Notes under the pieces: model-generated
Told to the model about the DNA's origin: nothing
Databases searched by the model: none
Seen by the model: only the letters and a program-made list of their open reading frames with translations
Program-made: the position numbers and the translations under genes
In this document: positions 1 to 9,600 of the stretch, piece after piece
Position numbering within the stretch: the first letter of the stretch is position 1
Layout of the letters: each line of letters begins with the position of its first letter
NCBI GenBank assembly: GCA_965219955.1
Contig: OZ244799.1
Coordinates: forward strand, 2,784,001 to 2,848,000
Direction of reading: 5' to 3'
Source of the DNA: a bacterium
Lineage (GTDB): Bacteria; UBA8248
Length of the DNA: 64,000 nt

Positions 1-52
1 AAGCCATGAAGCACAAGAGCAAGCGCCATGATGCAGCAGACAGTTTTTCTCA

Positions 53-1474
53 TTATCGTTTTCCCCCGAATGCGCCCGTTAGGTCCCGGCGTCTGAGAAC
101 GCCTCCCATCCCCTCATGGTTTCTGCCGAAAAAAGCGCCAGTGACGTCACCTTCGTCCTTGCTCTCGTGTCCCCAGTTGTGGAAGCCGTTTTCCTGGATG
201 TGGACGGTATACTCGAGATCTCCGTCTCCCCAGGTTTGGGTATTGTCGTATTCGAGATCAGAGAACGAAAGACCACCCGAGGTCAGATCGGCGAGTTGCA
301 CGTCGAGCCTGGCGTCGCCGGTTATCTTACGCCCCGAGGAAGTGAAGCCAAGGAGCGTTCCCACCCATGTGGCGGTTTCCGGCAGGAGACGGTTGTCGCT
401 CAGGTTTCCGGCCGGTCCCGGGCCGGTGGCCCATGGTTGGGCCATGCCGTTTCTCATAGAGACGCCGAAGGCGACCGTTTCTCCGGCTATGTCGAATTCT
501 CCCCGGAGGTGAAACGAGACGCTTTCCCAGGGGCCGAGGTTTTCAGCGGTGATTTCACTTGCCGGCGTACCTGGCTCGAATCTGGCGTAGGTTGCGTGGA
601 TCGCGTCCTTGTCGATTTCCCTGAGCAAAAACGTTCCCAAAAGCGGGATGAGAGCGTTGATTTGCGGGTTCATAATGGAAAGGGGGAAGCGCGTTGCGTC
701 CGTGTGACTATAGAACCCCAGCGCGTGAAGCAGTTCATGGGCGATAACGGCCGTGAAATTGTCATGGTCTTCTCCCGTATCGATCAGGATGTGCGATGAG
801 TGGGCTTCCTTTCGGTCCCTGGTGGTCCACCAACGCGCGATACCGAGCGTCGATGGCTCCGAATATGCCACTGCCGGCCATCTGTACTGGGGGAGAAACT
901 CGACATGGATATTTCCGTAGGAAGGCGCGTCCGTCTGTTGGCCCGGGGCGTAGGACTCAGAAAAGGCGATTTGTTTATCATAAGGAAGGACGGAGTTGAC
1001 GATCCGCACCGCGTGCAGTGTGTCCGCAGCGTATTCATCGCTCGTTCCCTCCACGATGCTTACCGTCGGGGGGTTCTGAAACGTGGCGAGATATCCAGCG
1101 TCCGTGGTCATCTCGCGAAGATAGTCGACGATGTCGGCAGCATTTTCTCCGTCGACAACTCGGCCTTCGTAAAGTCGAACACCATTTGCCAAACCAGTGC
1201 TTCGGAGGTTTTCGGCAGGGGCGCCCCCACTCGTTCCGATGTGGGTGATAATTCCCAGACCCAAAACATTCCATACCGGGCCCGGCAAATTATGTGAAAT
1301 GTGGGGCTGCTCCGGCATCGGTGCAGGTTCTGATACTTCCGGCATCCGTGCCGGTTCCGCGACCGAGACTCTTGAGGCGCCACCTTCCCCGCCGCAGCCG
1401 GTAGCCATGAACGCCACGAAGACCATAAGGAGAAGTATTGAAAGTACTGCAACAAGTTTGCGTTTGGTTTTCAT
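53..1474 (-). CDS. Lipoprotein with metzincin zinc-metallopeptidase domain and C-terminal TbpB-like beta-barrel
   Basis: Signal peptide with lipobox FMATG-C; HELLHALGFYSH (extended HExxH zinc motif) plus Met-turn SIMNP; C-terminus GDVTGAFFGRNHEGMGG...GAFGGKR as in transferrin-binding-like surface lipoproteins. Confidence 0.75.
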   Translation of the reverse strand: MKTKRKLVAVLSILLLMVFVAFMATGCGGEGGASRVSVAEPARMPEVSEPAPMPEQPHISHNLPGPVWNVLGLGIITHIGTSGGAPAENLRSTGLANGVRLYEGRVVDGENAADIVDYLREMTTDAGYLATFQNPPTVSIVEGTSDEYAADTLHAVRIVNSVLPYDKQIAFSESYAPGQQTDAPSYGNIHVEFLPQYRWPAVAYSEPSTLGIARWWTTRDRKEAHSSHILIDTGEDHDNFTAVIAHELLHALGFYSHTDATRFPLSIMNPQINALIPLLGTFLLREIDKDAIHATYARFEPGTPASEITAENLGPWESVSFHLRGEFDIAGETVAFGVSMRNGMAQPWATGPGPAGNLSDNRLLPETATWVGTLLGFTSSGRKITGDARLDVQLADLTSGGLSFSDLEYDNTQTWGDGDLEYTVHIQENGFHNWGHESKDEGDVTGAFFGRNHEGMGGVLRRRDLTGAFGGKR

Positions 1475-1806
1475 TTCACCATTTTGATCTTTCTTCCAAG
1501 TATAAAATGCCTATTTCAGGTAAGGTGGAGCTTACGATGTCTGCAAATCCATTTTCAACCTTATGGTGCGATGAATGATAAGTGGTCGTGCGGAACTCGT
1601 ATTCGAGCCAGATCATTTGGCTACCTCAGTCTCGACCTAAGGCGATAGGCACGCATAGTGTTGGCTTGGGCCGGTCTTGTCGCCATTTTCAACTTTGAGA
1701 AAAGTTGTAGTACATTCCTCGATCATTAGGGCCAGGGTAGGTGGCGTGTCACTAGCGGGGAGGAACCTGAGTTATGGCCATTATAAGGTTCGCGCAAGAA
1801 CCCAAA

Positions 1807-2220
1807 ATGTTCACTAGAATCATTCTCACAGTTGCTGCCTGCGGTGCGCTTACATTTCTGGTCGCCTGCGGTGGAACGATCGATGGCGTGGTAAGGGGCG
1901 AAGGAAGTCGCGTAACGTTCCTGTACAAACAGGGGATAGATCGCGACTTCTACGAGGCGACAATTGACGGTGAGCATTTCAAGGGGCAAGCAGTCCAGGC
2001 TGACACGCGAACCGGTTCAGGTATCGGTTTTTTCCGCGGAACAACAGTCCCCGTCATTACATCATCGACCAGTGGAAATTTCGTGGCTGTAATGTTTGGT
2101 GACAGAGGCTCCACGATACGCTGCAAAATGAACTATGCTGACAGTTCCGGGTTCACTTCGATGGGAGGGGTCGGAATTTGTCAACACAGCGACGGCCGCA
2201 TTATTGATGTAATGTGGTAG
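1807..2220 (+). CDS. Small lipoprotein of unknown function
   Basis: ATG 1807, hydrophobic N-terminus with lipobox LVA-C, Gly-rich beta-type body. Confidence 0.65.
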   Translation: MFTRIILTVAACGALTFLVACGGTIDGVVRGEGSRVTFLYKQGIDRDFYEATIDGEHFKGQAVQADTRTGSGIGFFRGTTVPVITSSTSGNFVAVMFGDRGSTIRCKMNYADSSGFTSMGGVGICQHSDGRIIDVMW

Positions 2221-2567
2221 AAAAGGATTCAATATAACTACGTACTCGTTTGATGAAACCCTCCTAGCCTCGACATTTGAAATTATCATACTCGGTGGAG
2301 GCAACGGCGTTTTGGTCGACGCCGGAAGTGGTATTGCGCAGGAATATCCGATCAAAGGAACTGTTCTTATCGAACCTGAGGGTTCAGTTCCCGATGATTT
2401 CAAAGAACAATACTTGGAATTGAAAAAAATTAGCCGAGAATGTGACGTCGTGTTTTCTGTCGAAGCGTCGTGTTGCTATAGTGTTGACAACTAATCTTTA
2501 TTGAATTATTTGATTAAATAAAACAAATATATTCAATATCTTATATCGAATATAAATTATTAAACAC

Positions 2568-2810
2568 ATGTTTGAGAAGCACGCGAAGAAGGGCCGCCTG
2601 GTCTATGTCGCGGGCAAGCTCCAGACCCGCCGCTGGAAGAAGGACGATGAGGACTCGGACCGGTTCTCGACCGAGATCCTTATCGCGCCGGGCGGACGCG
2701 TGCAGTTCCTGGACAAGGTGAACGGGAACGGCAACGGAAACGGCGCGCACGCCGAGACGGCGGACGTGGTGGCCACTGCGGGCGTAGTGGGCGAAGACAT
2801 TCCATTTTGA
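2568..2810 (+). pseudogene. ssb: Single-stranded DNA-binding protein, C-terminal half only
   Basis: KKGRLVYVAGKLQTRRW...STEI and acidic tail EDIPF; N-terminal half of the OB fold missing, replaced by AT-rich DNA 2494-2567. Confidence 0.85.
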
Positions 2811-2819
2811 GCGCTTCAT

Positions 2820-2853
2820 GGGCCGGCGCCTCGCGCGTCGGCCCTTTTCTTTT
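2820..2853 (+). terminator. Intrinsic terminator after ssb
   Basis: GGGCCGGCGC-ctcgc-GCGTCGGCCC stem followed by TTTTCTTTT. Confidence 0.8.
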
Positions 2854-3150
2854 GCTCGTTATCCAGAGGAAGTCCGCCCTGCCGGCCCTCTCCTCTACCG
2901 GGAACACCCGGTCAATCCTCCGGTTCCGTGAACGATGAACCGTGTTCACGGAAGATCGGCATGCACCCTGCAATCATCCCATGTTCAAGATAGTGGCTCG
3001 ATCTACCCCCCGCTGCGGGAATTTCGGGCCGGAAAAGACGGCCCGAAATGACCCTTTCCGCAGCATGAGAGACTGTTTCCCGATGAGCTTCGCCTTCATC
3101 GTGAAACACCAAAGGCTCTTGTGTCCCGGTGGCGGTACTACCCTCTCTCT

Positions 3151-3341
3151 CTTAGCGTCCTCATTTTAGCACGCACGGCGCGGGGTCAAGGGTGCTTTTG
3201 CAAAGAACGCAAAAGCATCTTTTTTTCAGAAAAAATCGGTGAAGCGTGGATTTTTTCCGCTGCGCGCCCTCCGGGTGAAAAAAAGACTGAAAACCGCCCC
3301 TGACGCCCACGCCTACCACGTGCTGAAAATGGGGCGCTAAG
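3151..3341. promoter_or_regulatory. Frpo/ssi-like single-strand DNA promoter hairpin
   Basis: 3151-3194 pairs with 3296-3341 (cttagcgtcctcattttagcacg / cgtgctgaaaatggggcgctaag; ggcgcggggtcaagggtg / cgcccctgacgcccacgcc), with inner A/T-run stems; the minus strand of the left arm reads TTGACC-N15-TAAAAT. Confidence 0.65.
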
Positions 3342-3377
3342 AAGCGCATCCGTTAACTCTCTACGAAGGAGAAAGGC

Positions 3378-3752
3378 ATGGAAACCACCGTGGTGAACCT
3401 GAATGACTATGTTGCACCCGAATTCGGCGGCGGCTTGCTGGTCAGGATCGACCGCATGACTAAGTGGGGAAACCCCTTCCGCATCGGCCAGGACGGCGAG
3501 CGCGCCGACGTGATCGAGAAGTACCGGCAATGGCTGTGGAGAAAAATCCGGCAGGGGGAGATCGATCTCTACGAACTCGCCGACCTTCAAGGCTGCGAAC
3601 TCGGCTGCCACTGCCATCCCCTCCCGTGCCACGGCGACGTACTCGCACGCGCCGCCGAGTGGGCCGCCGGGTATCTCGACGAGATGCCGAAAGAAGTGGG
3701 GCGCAACGAGCGTGGCTACGCTCTTCCCGAATTCAACCATCCCCTCGCTTGA
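3378..3752 (+). CDS. DUF4326 domain protein
   Basis: TKWGNPF...IEKYRQWL...LQGCELGCHCHPLPCHGDVL signature; AAGGAG upstream. Confidence 0.85.
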   Translation: METTVVNLNDYVAPEFGGGLLVRIDRMTKWGNPFRIGQDGERADVIEKYRQWLWRKIRQGEIDLYELADLQGCELGCHCHPLPCHGDVLARAAEWAAGYLDEMPKEVGRNERGYALPEFNHPLA

Positions 3753-3773
3753 GGACAACGAAAGGAGTGAACG

Positions 3774-4727
3774 ATGAACGCCACCACGACATACAAGGAG
3801 AGCATCATGCACGAGGTCGACAACATCGAAGCGCAGAACGAATCCTTCACCGCCATGGTCTGCGAACAGGCCGCGCTGTTCGGCGCGACCCCCGGACCCG
3901 ACGAGTTCGACAACCGGCCCGTCTGGGGCGAGGCGGAGTCCACCGCCGCCGTCCTCAAGGCATTCCACCTGCTCGCCGAGGCAGCGCCCGACGGCACGCA
4001 ACTGGCCGATGAGCGAAGAAACCTCCTGTGGGGCTTCGTCAACACCCTCGACGCCCAGACACAGCGCCTCGACCGCGCCGCCGACAAACTCATCCCCGGC
4101 ATCCGTGAAATGCAGCGCGAGCAGGACGGCTCCGAGATCCGCTCCCGCGAACTCGAACTCGCCACCGACCGGGCCGAGAACCTCTCCGCCCGCCGCGACG
4201 CCTTCGAGGTGCTGCGCGACACGGCCGCCGAGGCCTACCGCGTCGAGACCGGCGAGGTATGGCGGCCCAGGAGAGGATCGCACGTCAGCCAGACCGGCAA
4301 GCTCACGTCGGCGGTGATCGAGGCGCGCGACTTCCAGCGCGCGAAAAAGGACCGCGAGAACACGGCCCACCTCCCCCAGGGAACCCTCGTCGCCGTCGCG
4401 GGAGGCAAGGAAGCCACCGACGCCGGCAGGATCATCGGCCAGCTCGACAAGCTGAAAGCCAAGTACGCCGACGTCGTCCTCGTCCACGGCGGCGGCCCCG
4501 GCGCCGAGAAGGTCGCGGCCGGCTGGGCCGAGCGGAACGGCGTCCACCAGATCGTCTGCAAGCCCGACTGGGACGCCCACGGCAGGGCCGCTCCCTTCCG
4601 GCGCAACGACGAGCTTCTCTCCCTCCTCCCCAAGGGCGTGATCGCGTTCCCCGGCTCGGGCATCACCGACAACCTCGTCGACAAGGCCCGAAGCCTGGGC
4701 ATCCCCGTCCAGCGCGTCGCCGCATAG
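3774..4727 (+). CDS. DUF2493 (SLOG/YspA-like) domain protein of conjugative elements
   Basis: C-terminal VAVAGG...LVHGGGPGAEKVAAGWA...PDWDAHGRAAPFRRNDELL...IAFPGSGIT; N-terminal coiled helical part; AAGGAG RBS. Confidence 0.85.
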   Translation: MNATTTYKESIMHEVDNIEAQNESFTAMVCEQAALFGATPGPDEFDNRPVWGEAESTAAVLKAFHLLAEAAPDGTQLADERRNLLWGFVNTLDAQTQRLDRAADKLIPGIREMQREQDGSEIRSRELELATDRAENLSARRDAFEVLRDTAAEAYRVETGEVWRPRRGSHVSQTGKLTSAVIEARDFQRAKKDRENTAHLPQGTLVAVAGGKEATDAGRIIGQLDKLKAKYADVVLVHGGGPGAEKVAAGWAERNGVHQIVCKPDWDAHGRAAPFRRNDELLSLLPKGVIAFPGSGITDNLVDKARSLGIPVQRVAA

Positions 4728-4942
4728 GACGTTCGACACGGCGGGTCGCATCACCACACAGGCGGTGCGGCCCGTCGCCTCTCTCCTCGATCATTCCACC
4801 GCTCCTCTCCTGGTTGCTCCACACGCCTCCGACCGCTCAGTCGCCGCGGCGGCTCCCGCTCGTTATTCTCGCCGGCGCCGGTTCCCCCATCTCTCGTTCT
4901 CACGAATTCGGCAATCTGACGCCATTCGGCGGCTCGGGTTGT

Positions 4943-4963
4943 ACACCCCACGCAGCGGGCTGC
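4943..4963 (-). other. oriT: Origin of transfer (MOBF-type nic site)
   Basis: Minus strand GCAGC-CC-GCTGC-GTGGGGTGT^ACAA: 12-nt identity to the F-plasmid nic (TGCGTGGGGTGT) with the same hairpin-then-9-nt layout; MOBF relaxase present in window. Confidence 0.8.
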
Positions 4964-5258
4964 AGGGTGCAGGTCAATCGTGCGCCAAGCATGTCGTTCC
5001 TTGCTCAAACGCCGTCAAATACCGCCCAGCTTTTGTTGGGAGAGCGAATGTCGATCGGCATACGCCCCGATCTCATTGAAATCCCTTCACTTCGAACCTC
5101 GCGCATGTCAATCGACATTCGCTGGAAACAGCGCCCCTCCTCCATGTATGCTGATCGGAATTCGCCGCCCGGGCCGCAAGGAACACCCGTGGCCGGCCGT
5201 TTCACGGTCCGGGTTCTATCGATTTACGGGTCCGAATCATGTGCATGGAGGATGGGAA

Positions 5259-5645
5259 ATGATGAGCGGAATCGACCAAAAACCGACCGGAGACGATGCC
5301 GACACGGAAGAAAAACAAAGCCAGGCGCGCACGTCGAGGACCATCCGCTTCTCCGATCCCGAATGGGAACGGGTCGAAATCGCCGCCAAGCGGCGCGGAG
5401 TCACTGCCGCCGAGTTCATTCGCAACGCCGCTTTGGCGCTCGCCGGAGAAGAAACCAGCGTGGATTCTGGCCCGATGCCATCCGGAATCGCCGCGCAGAT
5501 CGATCGCATCTATCGTGGGGTCTACTTCCTTTCCACGCTGAAGCGGGATGAATTGCTCCGGGAAGGACGCAAGAATGAGCTCGACCGGGTCATGAAAGAC
5601 GCCCGCGAGTCGCAGGCTGCGTTCCTGGACGATACATCAAAATGA
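5259..5645 (+). CDS. Ribbon-helix-helix protein (TrwA/MobC/CopG-like relaxosome accessory)
   Basis: GGAGGA RBS before ATG 5259; SRTIRFSDPEWERVEIAAKRRGVTAAEFIRNAAL RHH motif; next to oriT. Confidence 0.75.
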   Translation: MMSGIDQKPTGDDADTEEKQSQARTSRTIRFSDPEWERVEIAAKRRGVTAAEFIRNAALALAGEETSVDSGPMPSGIAAQIDRIYRGVYFLSTLKRDELLREGRKNELDRVMKDARESQAAFLDDTSK

Positions 5646-5807
5646 GATAATACCCTCCCACATCTCCTTCCCGAGCGTCCCTCTCAGGGGGGATCATCGT
5701 CAAGCCTGCGGTATTTTTGTAGCAAAACCGCACTCGACAAGCGGAGAAATCGAGACAGGCTTACCGAATTTTCTCTTTCTCTCATGTCTCCCGCGCTGAA
5801 ATGAACT

Positions 5808-5984
5808 CGAACAGGTCTGCCTGATCGGGCGTCTACCCGCTAGGCGATGAATGTGGTTTCCCCTAGTTATAGAACTTCAGGTAGCGTTCGAAACTGGCAT
5901 GGACTCTCGAAACACTGTCATAAGCCTGCAGGTAGACCCCTCATACTTGTTCATACGCCAGAACCGCTCGAAGAAGAAGTTGTC
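5808..5984 (-). pseudogene. IS3-family transposase C-terminal remnant
   Basis: Minus strand gives DNFFFERFWRMNKYE/VYLQAYDSVS...RYLKFYN*GKPHSS..G*TPDQA with stops and a frameshift. Confidence 0.75.
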
Positions 5985-6066
5985 CTGTCAGGATGCTAGT
6001 ACCCACGTCCGTAAATTGCGTGTCGCCGGAGCTTTTGATGCGCATTCTAGAGGGAATCTGTAAGGA

Positions 6067-6222
6067 GGGATCGCCTATCGTCAAGTGGCGGGGCTGTTGG
6101 CCAACCCCTCCCCAGTATGGTGTGAACCTGGGCTATTCGTGGGTGGAGAGTGCCCAAATGATAGCTTAATTCGGGCCGTGAACCGTATCAACGAACAGTT
6201 CGGCCGTCACTCCATAGACTAG
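6067..6222 (+). pseudogene. Possible Y-family polymerase (UmuC/DinB) C-terminal remnant
   Basis: GIAYRQVAGLL...EPGLF...LIRAVNRINEQFGRHSI resembles the UmuC/DUF4113 tail. Confidence 0.45.
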
Positions 6223-6374
6223 GGCCTGTGCGTCGGGTAGCATCCGGCAGCAGGCCAGAATAAGGCCTGCCATTCTTAATCTGAAATAGATGAGATCAAA
6301 TGATAAATATTGTAGAGTTCAATGCCAAGCGAGTAATATTGAGCAGCATCCGTTCAACTGCAGAGATGGATCTG

Positions 6375-6610
6375 ATGGATGAAAAGCTAGACGATGTCCT
6401 AACCATCAATGTGTTGACCACGTAACTGAATATCCTGAGGTCAACACCCTACAAACTTGCCTGGAAGGAAAGATTCTTTCCCAGAAGATGGGGTGTCATT
6501 GGCGTTTTCGTAAAGAAGCCATTGACCGGTGGTTGGAGAAAACCTGGGCGGAAGAATCGAAACTTCTAGATAGGGAAGTTCGGGGAGCGGCCTGGGCCAA
6601 GAATGGCTAA
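6375..6610 (+). pseudogene. Excisionase-like HTH_17 DNA-binding protein, inactivated
   Basis: MDEKLDDVLTINVLTT*LNILRSTPYKLA/EGKILSQKMGCHWRFRKEAIDRWLE; TAA at 6423 and a frameshift near 6462; its stop overlaps the helicase start. Confidence 0.8.
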
Positions 6611-9600
6611 AATCGAGGAACATCCTTTGCGCGTCAAAATCGCGATTCAGGAAGGACAGATTCTCACCGGCCCGTTGTTCAGCGAGCCGATGCGAGTGGA
6701 GACCGTTCGCTCTAATGGAACCAATGTCTGGGTCGTTGGTCTTGTCGGTCAGCGGTCTGAGCAGTTTCGCAGAGTTACACTTACTTCAGACGATGTATCA
6801 AACCTGACCATCGCCGACGCTGCTCTTTCCTACGACGGCGACGGGCGGCTTCTGCGGATTGGCCTCCAAGCCTATTCGCTCGGCATCGCCTACGAGTTCG
6901 ATCCCTATTTCGGCCTTTCAATCTCGCGCGTGGACCCGCTGCCGCACCAGCTCGAAGCTGTATATGATCACCTCCTGAAGCTTCCCAGTGTACGCTTCTT
7001 ACTCGCCGACGACGCTGGTGCGGGGAAGACGATCATGGCCGGTCTTTTGGTGCGCGAACTCAAGTTGCGGGGCCTCATTGAACGAGTTCTCGTCGTCTGT
7101 CCCGCCAACCTCTCGTTTCAGTGGCAGCGCGAGCTCAAGGAGAAGTTCGACGAGAAATTTCTCGTGCTGAAGGGGAGCGACATTCGCGATCAATTCGGCG
7201 TCAACCAATGGATGGAGCAAAAGCAGATCATCACCTCACTTGATCTCGCCAAGCGTACAGATATCCTGCCTGGACTCCGGCAGGCACACTGGGATCTAGT
7301 CATCGTCGACGAGGCGCACCGTATGTCGGCACGTGATGAGTCCCATAAGAGCCAACGCTACAAGCTGGGGGAATTGCTGCGCGATAGCACTGATCATGTG
7401 CTTCTGTTGACCGCCACACCCCACAAGGGCGACCCACAGAACTTCACGCTGTTTCTACAACTGCTCGACCGGGACGCCTACGCCGACGTGAAATCGATCC
7501 AAGAGGCCATGAATCGGAGACGTGCTCCCTTCTATCTGCGTCGCACCAAGGAGGCGATGATTTTTTTTCCAGAGCGCCAAGCGGACGGAGCGTGGACTGC
7601 AAAACCAGTCTTTACCAAACGTATTCCGCGCACTGCGGATTTTGCCATTGATGGTCCCGAGTTCGATCTCTATCAGAAGATCACGCGGTTCGTGAAACGG
7701 CAGAGTGCCCGTGCCGCTGCCGAGGGCGACGACCCTCGTGCTCGGGCAGTCGGCTTCTTGATGTCGCTATACCAGAGGCGTCTCGCCTCGAGCACCTATG
7801 CAATGCGGCGATCACTGGAGAATCGAGCAAGGCGGCTTGAGGAGGGTCTCATGCGAGCCCATGAGCTGTTGCGGACAGCGCCGCCGAACCTCCCCGATTT
7901 GGAAGAACTCGAGGAACTTGAGGATGCCGAGCGTGAACGTCTGGAGAGGATACTGGAAGCGATCACGCTTGCCGGAAACGCCGAGCAGGTTCGTGAAGAG
8001 GTGGCTGAGATACTGGAGCTTGCCGAAGAGGCGAAGGCTGTAGAGGGTACCGGCAACGAGGCGAAACTCAGACATCTTCGAGAGATCATGCAGGACGAGG
8101 GTTTTTTCGATCGTCCCGACCAGCGCCTGCTACTCTTCACCGAGTTCAAGGACACTCTCGACCACTTGATGGAGCAGTTGAAAGCCTGGGGATTCAGCGT
8201 CGGCTGCATCCACGGCAGCATGAAGACTGGCTCACGCGACGAACCGGGAAGCAGGCTTTACGCCGAACAGCAGTTCCGCGAAGGGGCAATCCAGGTTTTG
8301 GTCGCCACCGAAGCGGCCGGCGAGGGCATCAACCTCCAGTGCTGCCACATCCTATTCAACTACGACATACCCTGGAACCCGAACCGGCTCGAACAACGCA
8401 TGGGCCGCATCCACCGTTATGGCCAGCGGCATGACTGCCTGATCTTCAACTTTGTTGCAACCAACACCATTGAAGGACGGGTCCTCCAGCGCCTCTTGGA
8501 CAAACTCCAGGAGATCCGAGACGCCCTTGATGACGACGCGGTGTTCAACGTCATTGGCGAGGTCTTACCGTCCGCCCACGTGGAGCATGTGCTGCGAGAC
8601 TACTATGCGGGCAGGCTGGGCGACGCCGATCTTGAAGAGCGGCTGTTGAAAGATGTGGATGAGAATCACTTCCGAGCCATTTGCCAGACGGCATTGGAAG
8701 GATTGGCCGCCAAGAAACTCAACCTCGACATGCTCATTGAGCGCCGAGCCCGAGCGCAGGAGCGACGCGTCGTGCCCGAGAGCATCGCTCGGTTCATCAA
8801 GGAGTGCGCCCAGGATGCGGCCCTGACCCTGAAGCCGGTACGCAATCTAGCTCATACGTTTGAGCCGGGTCGAACACCGTCCAGCCTGAAAAAGTACGAA
8901 TGCGAGACGAACTGGAAACTCTCTGAGTTGTCCATTCGCTACCCACGCCTGTCGACGGATCGCGATACGGCCGAAGAGAACAACCTCGAATGGGTGACCC
9001 CCGGGCATCCGCTGTTCGAGGCCCTGCGCCGGCACGGTTTCGATCTCGGGCAGGATGCCTTCGCCAAGGGTGCCTGCTTCCATTCTCTGGCGCACGAAGC
9101 CCCGGCGCGGCTCGACTTCTACCGTGCACGTGTCGTGGATGGCCTCGGGCACGTCATCCACGAACGGCTGTTCACCGTGGAGTTGACGAATGACGGTTCC
9201 CCCCGCCTGCGTGAGCCAGATGTCCTCGGCGACCTGAATCCCGGCGCGGCAACGGATAATCTACCGCTCGTAGCCACCCTCCCGGAAGCGACTGCTTGGC
9301 TAAATGAAAACGCCCTGGTGCCCTTTATCGACGAGGTTCGCGCAGAACGCTTGGCCGAGGTCGAGCGCATCAGCAAACACGTCGAACTGTCCTTGACCGA
9401 AGTTTTACAGCGGATCGATGAAGAGATCGGCCGCGCCGCAGAGGAAGTGGACATGGAAGTCACAGGCGCCGAGGGACGCCTCGCCCAAGCAGAAGCCCGC
9501 CACGCGGAGGTACTGGGTCGACGCGAGCACCGGCGTGAGGAACTCAAGCGGCAACGCGCGGTAACGCTGCAAGGAGTCGAGCGATTGGCAAGCGTTCTCA

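Noticed and set aside
2540-2568. CGAATATAAATTAT resembling Tn3 res site I
   Set aside because: Short AT-rich match with no accessory subsites or resolvase; may be chance
3186-5551. Long ORFs 3186-4757 (-) and 4259-5551 (+)
   Set aside because: Shadow frames of GC-rich real genes; no motifs
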